64,000 nt of DNA from Eledone cirrhosa. Its lineage: Eukaryota. Shown piece by piece: positions 38,199-51,399 of this stretch (positions are counted from its first letter, which is position 1; the number at the start of each line of letters is the position of its first letter). The notes beneath the pieces were generated by a model. The model did no database searches, was not told the origin of the DNA, and saw only the letters and a list, made by a program, of their open reading frames with translations. The DNA lies in contig OZ024743.1 in the NCBI GenBank assembly GCA_964016885.1, forward strand, positions 229,648,001 to 229,712,000, read 5' to 3'. The translations under genes were made by a program, and so were the position numbers.

Positions 38199-38202
<4 letters not shown>
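37691..38202. mobile_element. Fold-back (palindromic) non-autonomous derivative of the 23.3-27.5 kb PLE terminus
   Basis: Two ~235-bp inverted arms with no spacer, axis at 37927/37928 (TTTCGTTG|CAACGAAA); (TA)n on both sides. Confidence 0.9.
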
Positions 38203-38266
<64 letters not shown>

Positions 38267-38544
38267 GATCACACACACAAAAAGGGGTATAGACCCCGTT
38301 TGGTCATGGGGTTTGCACCAAGAGAGTTTCCCTTCTGAGGCACAAGTCCGTGCAAAGTTGTTTGTGGAAGACCCACAGGCTTAAATTTCTGGAACGGGTG
38401 ATGCTTTGTATTCTCCTGTGTACAAAATCAATCGAAACTGTGTAAATGTGTATATACATTATATAATATGTATATACATTAAGTAAAAAGGCGTATACAT
38501 GCAAACATGTCAAAATTACGACTTATCCTGTAGATTGAAAAAAT

Positions 38545-38592
38545 GATGAACATATGTTTCCGACCACTTTTATGATATCATCGGAGGACATC
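38545..38592 (-). ncRNA. Possible degenerate hammerhead
   Basis: CCGATGA-T-ATCAT-AAAA-GTGGT-CG-GAAA-CATATG-TT; palindromic stem III; core U4 mutated and stem I displaced. Confidence 0.4.
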
Positions 38593-39074
38593 TACATCCG
38601 CAAACGAGCACAAGACATTATCTTACTCGTGGCGTTATAAAGTCTATCAACTAACTACCAACTTAAACATTAATAATACTAGCAGAAAAACAACCCTACA
38701 GGTTGTTTTCTGATAGCATGTGTAGTGTGTATATTGATATTATACGCAAATATATATGCATGTAGATATGATACATCAAATAAAATCGTAATTGACAATA
38801 TACACAGAAATTGAACAAATCCTATGTTACACTGTCTTCTGTAATCAGTAGTCCATGATATATAAAAAAAAAAAGACGACATTATATATAAACTGCATTA
38901 GGTGAAAATTAGTGACGGAAATATATGCGATTATAAGTGTTATAATATAACGGCCGCTAACCGGAAGTGTTGACATTTGATAATTTTAAAGAAGTGAATT
39001 TTAAAGATTAAGCTATAAAATGTATTTAATCAACAGCCTCGAAATTTAGCATATAAATTATGTAATATTCATTC

Positions 39075-39238
39075 AGGGTTGGACGCCATGCTTTGACGCA
39101 TAGAGTTACGGCCCTTGCCATTCTGAGTTCAAATCCGGCCGAGGTTAACTTTGCCTTTCATCCTTAAGTCGATAAAATAAAGTACCAGTAATGCACTGGG
39201 TAATTGCTGGCCTTATGCCAAAAGTAGAAACAATTATT
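39075..39238 (+). repeat. tRNA-derived SINE, 5'-truncated, with a probable target-site duplication TATTCATTCA
   Basis: B-box GAGTTCAAATCC; body shared with four or more other copies in the window. Confidence 0.75.
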
Positions 39239-39799
39239 CATTCAAAGTAATCCAACTTATTTTACAAACGCAGACATTCCTTTAATATAGTTAAGATACA
39301 AATTTGTACGTAAATTTCGTTGATAATATTATATTTGACCATCCCTGTTCATGGGTGTTAGGCTTAACTAGTCGTCGCCCGTTTTAACACCATCACATTG
39401 GTGTCTTTACTAGAGCCCATTCTGTTGCAAGCACTAGGTCCAGGTCACTCCGGTCTGGAGATGATCACATCTCTTCTAACCAGACATGTCGAACTCGTAA
39501 AGATTCATGGCCAATGTTCTTTCCCCCTTCATTAAGCCGTTAAAACAAAACGAAAATATTACACGGTATTTTGATTGATGATCTACTGATTCTTCCACTC
39601 CACTGCTCATTTGAGTCAGCAATATTAGATAGCAGTCAAATAAATTGTAATTTTAAAGTAAGAGCCAGCGTTTTCTTGTATTTTATGTCTGAGGCGTTAA
39701 TCCTTTCTTTCCTCAGTCCATCAAAGTTTTAAGCTATGGATACTAGATTATTGGGAAAATTATAAGAAATAGTTATATATATATATAAAGGACGAACAT

Positions 39800-39860
<61 letters not shown>

Positions 39861-39863
<3 letters not shown>

Positions 39864-40044
39864 ATTGTTTCTACTATTGGCACAAGGCCAGCAATTAACC
39901 AGTACATTACTGGTACTTTATTTTATCGACCCCGTAAGGATGAAAGGCAAAGTTAACCTCGGCGGGATTTGAATTCAGAATGGCAAGAGCCGTAACTCTA
40001 TGCGTCAAAGCATGGCGTCCGACCCTCTACCGATACTGCCAATT
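39861..40044 (-). repeat. tRNA-derived SINE, same family, inverted relative to the 39075 copy
   Basis: Reverse complement matches 39075-39238 and 60015-60200. Confidence 0.75.
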
Positions 40045-40227
40045 CACATATAATGTTCGTCCTTTTTGTATATATCGAAGTTGTATTATTGTGGCAACAT
40101 GCTTTTGGTCGCCTTATTCTTAGTGTCACACTTCATTAACTTTTTGTGTTTACTCATTGAGTGCTTTCGTGACTGAATCCAACAATTTGATGAGTATCTG
40201 CTATAGTGCGGCTGCAACTTTTATTCA

Positions 40228-40427
40228 NNNNNNNNNNNNNNNNNNNNNNNNNNNNNNNNNNNNNNNNNNNNNNNNNNNNNNNNNNNNNNNNNNNNNNNNN
40301 NNNNNNNNNNNNNNNNNNNNNNNNNNNNNNNNNNNNNNNNNNNNNNNNNNNNNNNNNNNNNNNNNNNNNNNNNNNNNNNNNNNNNNNNNNNNNNNNNNNN
40401 NNNNNNNNNNNNNNNNNNNNNNNNNNN
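40228..40427. other. Assembly gap (200 N)
   Basis: Run of N. Confidence 0.99.
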
Positions 40428-40644
40428 GGAATGATCTTACATACATACATACATATAAAGTATAGATATGTGTGTGTTTGTGTGTTTGTGTATGTGCATG
40501 TGTGAGTCTGTGTATGTGTGTGTGTGCGTGTGCGCGCGTGTGTGTGTGTGTTACTTATGCGAGCGACGACAGAAAAAGTGTGTGGGATACATACATTATT
40601 ATATTTGTCAGGGTTGCCTTTTGATGTATGTATTACCTGCTGTC

Positions 40645-40696
40645 ATATAGAGAGTGAAGAGAGACAGAGAGTAAAGCAATACATTATAGAGAGAGT

Positions 40697-40763
<67 letters not shown>

Positions 40764-41165
40764 GACGCTCAGCTTTATAATATTAGAGAGTGAAGAGCGA
40801 CAGAGAAAGTAAAACAGTTAAATTATAGAGAAGGAGAATGATCTATTTTAGAGAGCCGATTTTACATACGACGCTCATTTCTACGGAAAGTAAAAAAGTG
40901 TTGTCACATAGAGAGTGAAGTGAGACAGAGAGTAAAGCAGCTAAATTATAGAGAGGGTGAAAGAGGGAGAGAGAGAGAGAGACGACGCTCAGCTTTATGA
41001 TATTTGAGAGTGAAGAGCGACAGAGAGAGTAAAGCAGTTAAAATAGAGAGGGGAATGATCTATTATAGAGAGAGGGAAGAGCGACGGAGAAAGTAAAGCT
41101 AACAAACTATAGGGAGGTGTGTAGGATACATACATACATAATACACACGGCACTCAGCTTTATAA
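40645..41165 (+). repeat. GA-rich tandem/segmental repeat
   Basis: Recurring gagagtgaagagcgacagagagagtaaagcag..aattatagag and gacgacgctcagcttt units. Confidence 0.7.
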
Positions 41166-41211
41166 TATTATATATATATATATAATGTATAAAATCAATA
41201 CAATATTATTA

Positions 41212-41281
41212 CCTCATTACCAGAGGTTTCCCGAATGAGGCGAATACGAAATAAACGACTTCATTCGTTCGTCAGACGAGG
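41212..41281 (-). ncRNA. Type I hammerhead ribozyme
   Basis: Stem I CCTCGT/ATGAGG, CTGACGA, stem II CGAATGA/TCATTCG, GAAA, stem III CC-TCT-GG, GTA^ cleavage triplet. Confidence 0.85.
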
Positions 41282-42080
41282 CAATATAAAACATGGGCAA
41301 ATACTTAGAAAAACACATCAAGAAAATCAAAAAAATATATAGATAAATGAAATAGAAATTGAAATATATAAAAATCTATCAAGAAAAATAGTTAGGTGTG
41401 TGTATGTGTATGTATATACGCTCACAGATGTGCATATATGTATATGTGCACATGTAAATGTATAGTTAGGAAGTGTGCGTAATTATAAAAATTTAGGGCA
41501 AGTGTATCTATATGTCTGTATTATACAGACAGAAATGGTTACATCGTAAATATAAGAATATAAAGTCGCGCGCATAAAAACGCCTGGACACTCGTACACT
41601 TAGATGCGGAAAGAAAGGAGGTAAAGAGTGTATAATATTTAAAAGAAAAGTATCGGTCTCGATATATTTGTAAAAATATAGTAACGATAAATTAGAAAGA
41701 AAAGATAGAAAGAAAAAATTAAAGAAAACAAAAAAAGGGGGGGGGTACATACATACACAGACACGCGTGTCTCACAAAAGAAAGGTAAAAATAATTATGC
41801 TTATATACACACGCGCAATTACACTTCCATACGTTCGATACGTACATACACACACCACACTCACACACACATACTTATACTAGCGCATATAAACCTATTT
41901 GCATGCCCACGTATGAAACTGAGTAAGTAACAAAAGAGGGAAGGGGGGGGGGAGAAGAAAAAAGGAACAAAAACATAAAAACGAAATGTCAAAAACACGG
42001 ATATAAAGACAACTACACATACGCATAATATATACATACACACACACATAAACACCTATACACACACACATACATACGCG

Positions 42081-42124
<44 letters not shown>

Positions 42125-42513
42125 CATACACGCACGCGCGCGCACATACGTAGTCACTCATGTACATATATAAAAAGTATACACACATTAAGGCGTTCAG
42201 CCATATTGAAATGTGGATAAATAAGTACAAGTATAAAATTGTAAGATAGGCTGCGCAAAAATAAAATAAAAATAAAAATGAAAAATATATCTGGATTGAA
42301 AAACACAAAAGACAAGTATAATCAGTTAGTGGAGGAAAAGGGGAGTAAAAGAAGGGGAAATAAAAAATAGAAAATAGGAAGTGGATCGGAGAATAAAGGG
42401 GGGGGGGGGGGGGTGAAGTAAAAATAAATAAAAGTGAAAATAAATGAAATTATTGACAAGGATAAGAATGAAAGTAAGCCAGAAAGGGTAATTAAAAAGA
42501 GAATAATAAGAGT

Positions 42514-44642
42514 TTATGGAGGATAAGTATCTGAAAGTGTGTTAAGTTTATATGAGCTGGAAAGCAGGTGTGATTTCATGTGTGGGCAACTGGTAAAAAT
42601 TTCCGTCTTTGTGTTCAGGCAGGTCTTTGGTGATTTAAGATTTTGCAATCTCCAAAATTTTTCATTTATGCAGAGCGTGCATTTTCTTGTTCCTCTAGCA
42701 TATTTTTTAGATTGGTTCAAAATTGACCAATCTAGTTTATATTGGATGCCTTGGTCTTTCAAATCCCAGATTCTGCTAGCCAGAGCTGTTGTAAATCTTT
42801 TTTCTGGATGTCGAAAGGATGCGACATGTGAGTAATAACGCGTTTTGAATCTGTCTTGCGTCATACCCACATATCGTTCACTGGTGACTGGATGGTTGTT
42901 GCTGATGGTTGTCACATTAGCCGCATATACAATGGCTTTGGTGTTGCATTTACCTTGTAATGGGCATTCACTTTTGATTCTACAGGAGCAAGTTTGATTT
43001 TCTCTAGGTGAAATTTTGTTGAGGATATAGGACTTAATAAGGGGACCGCAGGAATAGCTAATTTTAACACAGTTTCTGTTAAAGATCTTATAGTATCTAT
43101 GTGTTCTAGGGAAATGTTTATCTAGGAGTGCTAGGAATTTTTTGCCTACATTAGTTTTAACTGCTAGAGAGTAGGGGGGTGTGAACCAGATTATTTTTCT
43201 TTTCCTATTTTTATGTTTAATAGAGTTAGTGTAGTTAGGTATGTATTTAATCGGTTCGCTAAAGCCGCTATTTTGGAGGGCTATATTATAGTAGGGGGAT
43301 GCCTTATTGAAAATAGCTTCTGATGAAGAGAGGGTGGAGATCCTACGGCTAATATTAGGGATAAGGTTTTTAAAAACTATAGGTGGATGGCAAGATCCTT
43401 TATTTATATATTTTAAGTTTTCATTAGGTTTATGGTATGGTTTATAAGAAGCAGTAGGCAAATCTAAGTTTATATCTAGGAAATCTACGTTGGACAGGTT
43501 AGTGTCAATAGTAATTTTAAGATTAAAACTAGCAAAGGTTTTTATTAAGACTTTCCTTAATCTATCTAAGTTGTGGCCTATGGTGGTATGGGAAAGTATT
43601 AAACCATCATCGCGATAAAGCCCCAAAATATGGTTGGAAATTTTTCTTTAAGTGTATGTAAGAGGAATAGGCCGACCAGATCACAAACCTCGGCACTGTC
43701 ATAAGAGCCCATTGAGACATCGAATGGGTTCTCTGGGTTAGATATTTTTACCCAAGTGTCATTATCATTAAAAAGAAGAGTGTTCCTAGCATGCAAGATT
43801 ACATCCTCTTCAATATCGGAGATATTAGTGAACCCTCTAGCGAAATTTAAAGCTTTCACTAAAAGGGTCTGAGTAATAGATGGGTAGAAATCTACGATAT
43901 CAAATTGGGTGAATCTAGAACTGATTTTGTTTTTAATATTATTAAACCAATGTACTACGGAAGAGCTATTTATCCATTGGAGTAATTTAGACTTACTTCT
44001 AATATGTGTATTTAATTTATTTAAAATTTTTTTACTGGCAAGACCAATATCAGTCTTAGCAGGGTTGATTAATCTACAACTAGGGCGATTAATAAAGTCG
44101 GGTTTATGATCTTTAAGGGTGATATACGCAGAACGTTTAGCAAGTTTTTCTGTCCTATTATCTATTTTTAAAGAAACAGCTAATTCTTTAGCTTCCTTAT
44201 TTATATTATGGTACGTATTTATATTAGCTATTTGGTATTTAGAGGTGATATTATCTATTAATAGTTGGTCGTGTAAATTATTATTAACTTCATATAGGTT
44301 TTTAGTTTCATCTGAGAAGATGAACTTATTATTAGAAGATTTGAAAGTAGAAATATCATTAGATAATTTGGATTGAAAGGGGTTAGAGTACTTACGAAAA
44401 TTGATGTTGTTAACTAGGTCTAATTCAAAGGCGGTCATATCTTTTACTCTTTGCGGGTATTTATGAGTATTGATGTCAAAATGTTCCGTAGAATCCGTGT
44501 TAAATTGACCATCGAGAATCAAAGCTTTCCATCTCATTCTTTTAACAAACTTCTCTACTTTGTCTATCGGTATTTTCGTGTAGAGAGTATTAGAAGGTGT
44601 TGGGATATTCTTTACAGAGTAGTCCAAAGGGTATTTGTCCAT
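42514..44642 (-). pseudogene. PLE RT + GIY-YIG endonuclease, one frameshift near 43625
   Basis: ITLKDHK, CRLINP, FDIVDFYPSI, MGSYD, GLYRDDGL, DFLDI, HPP, CSC..CPLQGKC, IVY..YVGMT..FKTRYYSH, CTLCINEK, LNTKTE. Confidence 0.92.
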
Positions 44643-44894
44643 ATTCGGTATTGGTTTAAAATCCTATGACTGGAGAGTGCTCGACTTAAAAAGGGCTGGA
44701 AGGTGCCAATCTCATAACGATGTAGAATATGCTACAATCATTCCCTTGGGAGCTTTATAAGTATTGAAATTTCAGTTAGAAACAGAAAAGGTCATAGAAA
44801 TGAAGAGTGCTCTATGTCAGTATCAGAGCAAAATGAAACTAAAATAATAAATCTGTGAACGCAGAAGTAAATATTTCGAAAAAGGTTACGCACT

Positions 44895-45502
44895 ATATGG
44901 TGGCTGCCAACTCGTTTTCGAGTACGGCCACTACTTTATATCCATGTAAGAGAACCCCTACCGATACGCTGAACAAGTGTGACTTTTTAGTCCAGCCAAC
45001 GACTTGAAAACTGGTACAAACACTACACTTGTGACAATTATTGACACAGTGCTGGGCCCATGGTACCATGTGACGACAAGTGCAGAGAGATCTCCAGATA
45101 TAAAGCAATGCCTGTGCCGTGAAGCTTTTATAGTGAGCAAAGGCACTGCACAAAGCCAGTCCCACTCTCTTAACCAAGATGATATTTACCAAAAAGAAGA
45201 ACAAGTCAACATCATTGGATACCATCAGGGTTGCAGGTGTTATATCAGAGTTTTCCTTCTCCTAGAATTCTGCCTTGACAAAGGCTAAGGGGTCATCTCT
45301 CCCGGTGATTTTGGATGGCCATTGACTCTTAAGAGCTCCTTTTCCCTTTGACAGGTTTTGTTTTTAGTCCTGAAGGATGTCCAAAGTCACCCTCCTCACC
45401 AAGAAACCTTGGTGGGGTTGCCAGTTTAGTCGCCAACGACCCGACCATGAGACAGGTTGTACTGGGATACATGTTACCAGTAGCACCAACTGGTGACCTG
45501 AC
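44895..45502 (-). mobile_element. Non-autonomous bipartite RTE-like retroelement (~610 bp)
   Basis: RTE-5'UTR-like motifs GGCGACTAAA and CTAGGAGAAGGAAAACTCTGA; terminal zinc-finger remnant; 3' hairpin CTCG-AAAA-CGAG; near-identical to 58909-59518. Confidence 0.75.
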
Positions 45503-45662
45503 ATATATATATATATACACACACACTGTATATACATATATATGTATATATCGATTGTTCGTTATATGGTCTTCCTCTTCCGGATTTAACCTATTTAAAC
45601 TGAGCTGATCAGTCAAAGTGAAAGAAATTGTCCTCGAGAGTGGTTTACTAACTATTGTCGAA

Positions 45663-45744
<82 letters not shown>

Positions 45745-45799
45745 AATACAATATCGGAGATAGCTTTTTAGCGATACTCCGGCCAAATTCCAACTCACT

Positions 45800-45908
<109 letters not shown>

Positions 45909-45918
45909 AACCAGTAGG

Positions 45919-46012
45919 ACCCCGACAGCTGAGCTCAAGCCGTTTCGACGGCTAATTCTGGACTAAATGAAAATTTATCCTGGTATTTAAATAGCCGATC
46001 TTCTCAAGGGGT
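45919..46012 (-). ncRNA. Mirror copy of the U3:A8 hammerhead
   Basis: Reverse complement of 47255-47348 with perfect stem I ACCCC/GGGGT. Confidence 0.75.
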
Positions 46013-47254
46013 AATTCCATATATGGTCAAAGTGATTGTCAAAAATCAGTAGTAATTCAGTGGTTGCAAATTAGTAGGGGAGATGGTGGCTAAACCTGCC
46101 AGTAGGAGAAAGAGGGGAGGGGGTGGAGTAGACCCAATCAAGCGTTGGTAGTGCCAGCTACAGCTGGGCATGAGGTCAAAGAAGATACAGGGGAGGGGGA
46201 GGGGGAGGAAGTCGGAACGGTAGGTAGAACAATGGGGGGTAGAAATATATAGAAAAGCAAATAAGTGTAAAGAAGAAAGTAAAGTAAATTAAATTCTACG
46301 ACCTAGGTGTCAGGCTATTGTTAGGCTAGAATAAAATAAAGAAAGAAAGAAGTAAATAAATAAATAAATAAATGAATAACGAAAAAAGTAAAAGAACTAG
46401 GTGGGACGAAATAGGCCAGGACCCTTTTAAGAGGTATAAGTACGTAAATGATACGGTGACGGGTCAACAAAAGGGGCCAAAATACTAAAGAGACTACCAC
46501 GAAATACACAATAAAGGTTTCCATCCCGGGCCAGCAACGACCCAGTGCAGCAAAGTGAACTTGTACGAGATAGTAATTCTGAGTCCCGAGAAAAATATAT
46601 ACTAATGCTAACTCTAAAGGATCTAAGACAAGCTACATGAAAGTTCGTACGAAATAAAGGTAGAATACGGAGAAAATTCGGGACTCAGAATTACTATCTT
46701 GTACAAGTTCACTTTGCTGCACTGGGTCGTTGCTGGCCCGGGATGGAAACCTTTATTGTGTATTTCGTGGTAGTCTCTTTAGTATTTGGGCCCCTTTTGT
46801 TGACCCGTCACCGTATCATTTACGTACTTATACCTCTTAAAAGGGTCCTGGCCTATTTCGTCCCACCTAGTTCTTTTACTTTTTTCGTTATTTATTTATT
46901 TATTTATTTCTTTACTTCTTTCTTTCTTTATTTTATTCTAGCCTAACAATAGCCTGACACCTAGGTCGTAGAATTTAATTTACTTTACTTTTTTCTTTAC
47001 ACTTATTTGCTTTTCTATATATTTCTACCCCCCATTGTTCTACCTACCGTTCCGACTTCCTCCCCCTCCTCTTCCCCTGTATCTTCTTTGACCTCATGCC
47101 CAGCTGTAGCTGGCACTACCAACGCTTGATTGGGTCTACTCCACCCCCTCCCCTCTTTCAACTACTGGCAGGTTTAGCCACCATCTCCCCTACTAATTTG
47201 CAACCACTGAATTACTACTGATTTTTGACAATCACTTTGACCATATATGGAATT

Positions 47255-47348
47255 ATCCCTTGAGAAGATCGGCTATTTAAATACCAGGATAAATTTTCAT
47301 TTAGTCCAGAATTAGCCGTCGAAACGGCTTGAGCTCAGCTGTCGGGGT
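47255..47348 (+). ncRNA. Type I hammerhead ribozyme with U3:A8 variant core
   Basis: ATCCC-TTGAGAA-GA(T)CGGCTA..TAGCCGTC-GAAA-CGGCT-TGAGCTC-AGCTG-TC^GGGGT. Confidence 0.75.
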
Positions 47349-47438
47349 CCTACTGGTTCCTATTACCCACTCTACTACCTCAAGTATTGAGTACTTTGGT
47401 GCGTTATGGTCCACCTGGTTCCTTACCACATTTCCTTC

Positions 47439-47970
<532 letters not shown>

Positions 47971-48003
47971 TATATATATATGTGTGTGTATGTATGTGTG
48001 TGA

Positions 48004-48083
<80 letters not shown>

Positions 48084-48495
48084 TACTTGAAGTTGAAGAC
48101 GTTGAGAGTCACAGAGCATAAATATTTAATACATTATGAAACTAAGGTTTAAGTAAATCCATCTTTAATCTGAACAATTGTTTCTATACAGATAAGAGGC
48201 GTGTCAATACATACAAACAATGAATGAAATACTTACAATTAATAATTAACATGGTATTAAGACTGTACATACTTGTTTTCAGGAGTGGTGGAAGAAGAGA
48301 TTAATTCATCACATCGACTATAAGGAAACGATAATCAACGATACAGATCATAAGCAAACTTACAAGTGGCAAATAGAGAAAAAGAGAATTGTTATGCCTG
48401 CGATGTACATAGTCTTTTTGCACAAGCATTTACGATATTATGTAAGTATAGCAATAGAATCATGTTGTTAAAAAATATAATAAAGACAGACACAT

Positions 48496-48544
<49 letters not shown>

Positions 48545-48548
<4 letters not shown>

Positions 48549-48752
48549 CCTACGGAACTAGCTGTTGAAAAGGCAAGTGCTCAGCCGTCAGGTCCAGACT
48601 TTCCTATTCTCTCCTTTTCTGTATATATATATATATATATATGTATAACAAAGGAATTGTGGTAAGGAACCAGATGGACCATAACGCACCATAACTGTCC
48701 AGAAATAGCCGTCGAAACGGCTTGAGCTCTGACGTAGGTGTCATACTTTTTC

Positions 48753-48755
<3 letters not shown>
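48545..48755. mobile_element. Rearranged fragments of the U3:A8-hammerhead element family
   Basis: acaaaggaattgtggtaaggaaccagatggacc (inverted end) joined to gtccagaaatagccgtcgaaacggcttgagctc. Confidence 0.7.
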
Positions 48756-48790
<35 letters not shown>

Positions 48791-48853
48791 GTATGTGTAT
48801 GCGTGTGTGTATATATATACATGTATGTGTATGTATATATATACATGTATGTG

Positions 48854-48946
<93 letters not shown>

Positions 48947-50479
48947 TTTAGTACAGCATTAACGAAGCTTTAGGCTGCGGCTAAGCTAACGAATGCAGAT
49001 TCGGAATGTAGCTTTAGCACTCGATGGAGAATAATACCCCAGAGTTATAACAATACGTTTAGACAGCTTTCCAAATCAAATATAGCGGCCGGCAGTCCAG
49101 CCTCATTGCCATAGCAACGAAAAAGGGAAAGATATACATGTATGTGTATGTGTTTGTCTGCAGCGGTTGCTACATATATAGATAAAAGACTGCGTGAATG
49201 TAATTTTGAAGTAAGTAAATAAAGAAGAAACACATCATACAATTCCTCACATATCTGTTAGTGTATAGATAATAGACATTATAACGAACCGCACACCACT
49301 TTTGAATGTTTTATGTCTTAATGAGGCTTAATCTTTGAAAAATATTCTGTAGTTATTGTGTCTTGTATCTTCACTGCTGTGGAATATTTTTTTAATGTAA
49401 AATGACTAGTTTGTAATAATTTCACTGGTTACCTAACGATGTTGTTGATTTTGATAATGGTACTGTTAGCGATAATAATATATAGAGTTACCCACCCATA
49501 CGCGAGTGGGAACACACAAGTCAAGTACAGTTAGAATACTCCCAATTTCTGCTCACCCACGAAGCATTATATATTTGCCGGAGATCCCCGAAATTCACCG
49601 TAAACATTTTTTCAGTGTGTTCCTCATCGAATTTATCCTCTCGACAGATTTACTCTATCGCTCTCTATACCTCTTTTATAGTTAGAAATAAGAGGCTTTC
49701 TGGGAGCTTTCGATAGCAATCGTTTGTTTCCGAGTTGGTTCGGATATTGTATAAGTTTTCCTCTTCCAATTCATATATTTTAAGCAGCTCAGTGTATGTG
49801 ACTATCATGTTTTTCTGGGAATCACATGGTTTAACATCTTTTTTCGAAGATTTCAGACTGTTGTTTTTTGTTTTATTTTTCTTCCTATTGGAACTGTCTG
49901 GTGGCCTTCCTCAACATCCATTTCGTCCTCATCATCACTAAAGGGTGGGACTGTATTCTTAGAGGAGACACATCGGCATATTTCACCTTCGACATCGTCT
50001 ACCCTTCTCAGAAATGGTGCTATTGGAATGAGTGATAGTAATATAGAAACAGTAGTCCAGAAAACTCTTCGTTACTTGGTTAGTTTTCAGGCCTTCATGG
50101 CAGAAAACTCTCAAGTGGTTTTTGCTGCCACAACTAAGCTTCCTGCACTACACTGGCATTCTTATCATCCTTGACTCTGCATCCACAACGAGACAATGTT
50201 CAAAAATGACTCTCTGGGGCTAGGGGTCATGAGTACTTGCAAATTTATACAGACCTCTGGAATTCATTGCAAACCCTTCGTTTTAAAACAAAGTCGAATA
50301 TAACACAGGGTTCAACGTCACTCTCTATGCCTTTAAGCATTATTTTTTGTGTTGCACCTCCCCAAGTAAAAGCATGCGAGCGGCTGTTTCGGGTACTATT
50401 TCTTTTCCTATCGTTACTTCATCTTCACGCTCGATAATCAGGCAAGCGTTCACTTATGAGTTACCTTTTTATATGATTA

Positions 50480-51285
50480 ATATCTTAGTCAGGACAACAG
50501 ATGCGTTTATTTAAACTCATTTTCTGAAGAGGAAACTGCTTTCCTTCAACCTTTTCAAACGCGTCTTCCACACAACTTCTTTCGTCATGGCCACCAAGCA
50601 GATAAAAACTGCCTGTCCTTCCCCTCTAAAGGAAGACGGTGGTGTGATCTTCACAATGGACAGTTGATTGTTGGATACGTCCTACACGAGGGATCAGGTG
50701 TTCGACATTAACCTACCTGTCAGTGATGCTCGGGAACTGGATAAATATATGCAGAGCAGTTTCGTCGCCTTCTGTGCATCTCTCAGAGGCTCGGCTGATG
50801 GCAATTCCATGCTAGTAGAATTTACCTCGAACTGGCAAAGCTCCACCGTAGCACTGCCAAGCCATGGATTTTTACAAGTTATCCGTGGGCCCTGGACAAA
50901 AAGAAACTCTGGAAAAGTGTAGTTAATTGATGTTCATCGAAGCCAAGATTCTCCTCGAGATCGTCATCAGTGTTTCCCGTCACTAACCCTTCTATAGAAC
51001 ACCAATCGTAATACCCGATTGGTGTACTTGAAAACGTTCAAGTTTCCAAACACTACCTCTTGGTCTTCACTTGACCCCTGATTGCAGCTTCGTTATGGAG
51101 GTGAGATGAGGAAAAACACGTCTAGCACACGGTGACCACACCTGATCAACTTCAAGAATTTGGAGACCGCGCAGCCACAGTGTATGTTTGTGCATCAGCT
51201 GCCACTGTATAACCAGTCCTTCACGCAGCGAGTATTGACAGCAAATGGAACTCCTGAGCAGTGGAACTTGTCCTTTCCACAAAAC
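50480..51285 (-). pseudogene. Old Tx1-like ORF2 3' fragment
   Basis: LWKGQVPLLRSSICCQ..DQVWSPCARRVFPHL matches copy 2 LWKGRAPIVRRSICCQ..DQVWSPFARRAFPQL. Confidence 0.8.
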
Positions 51286-51399
51286 TATGGTAATGATAAT
51301 GGCGACGATGTTGAACATGATGACGAATACGAGAATGATGATGATGATGATAATTAAAATGATGATGAGTGAAGAGAAGGATTTATCACATTGGTATAT

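Larger units (their letters stand above)
41184..44892 (-). mobile_element. Second Penelope-like element (YRDDG-type RT, different clade) with long 3' UTR and terminal hammerhead, ending at (TA)n
   Basis: ORFs 43599-44642 and 42514-43626; hammerhead at 41212-41281. Confidence 0.85.
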
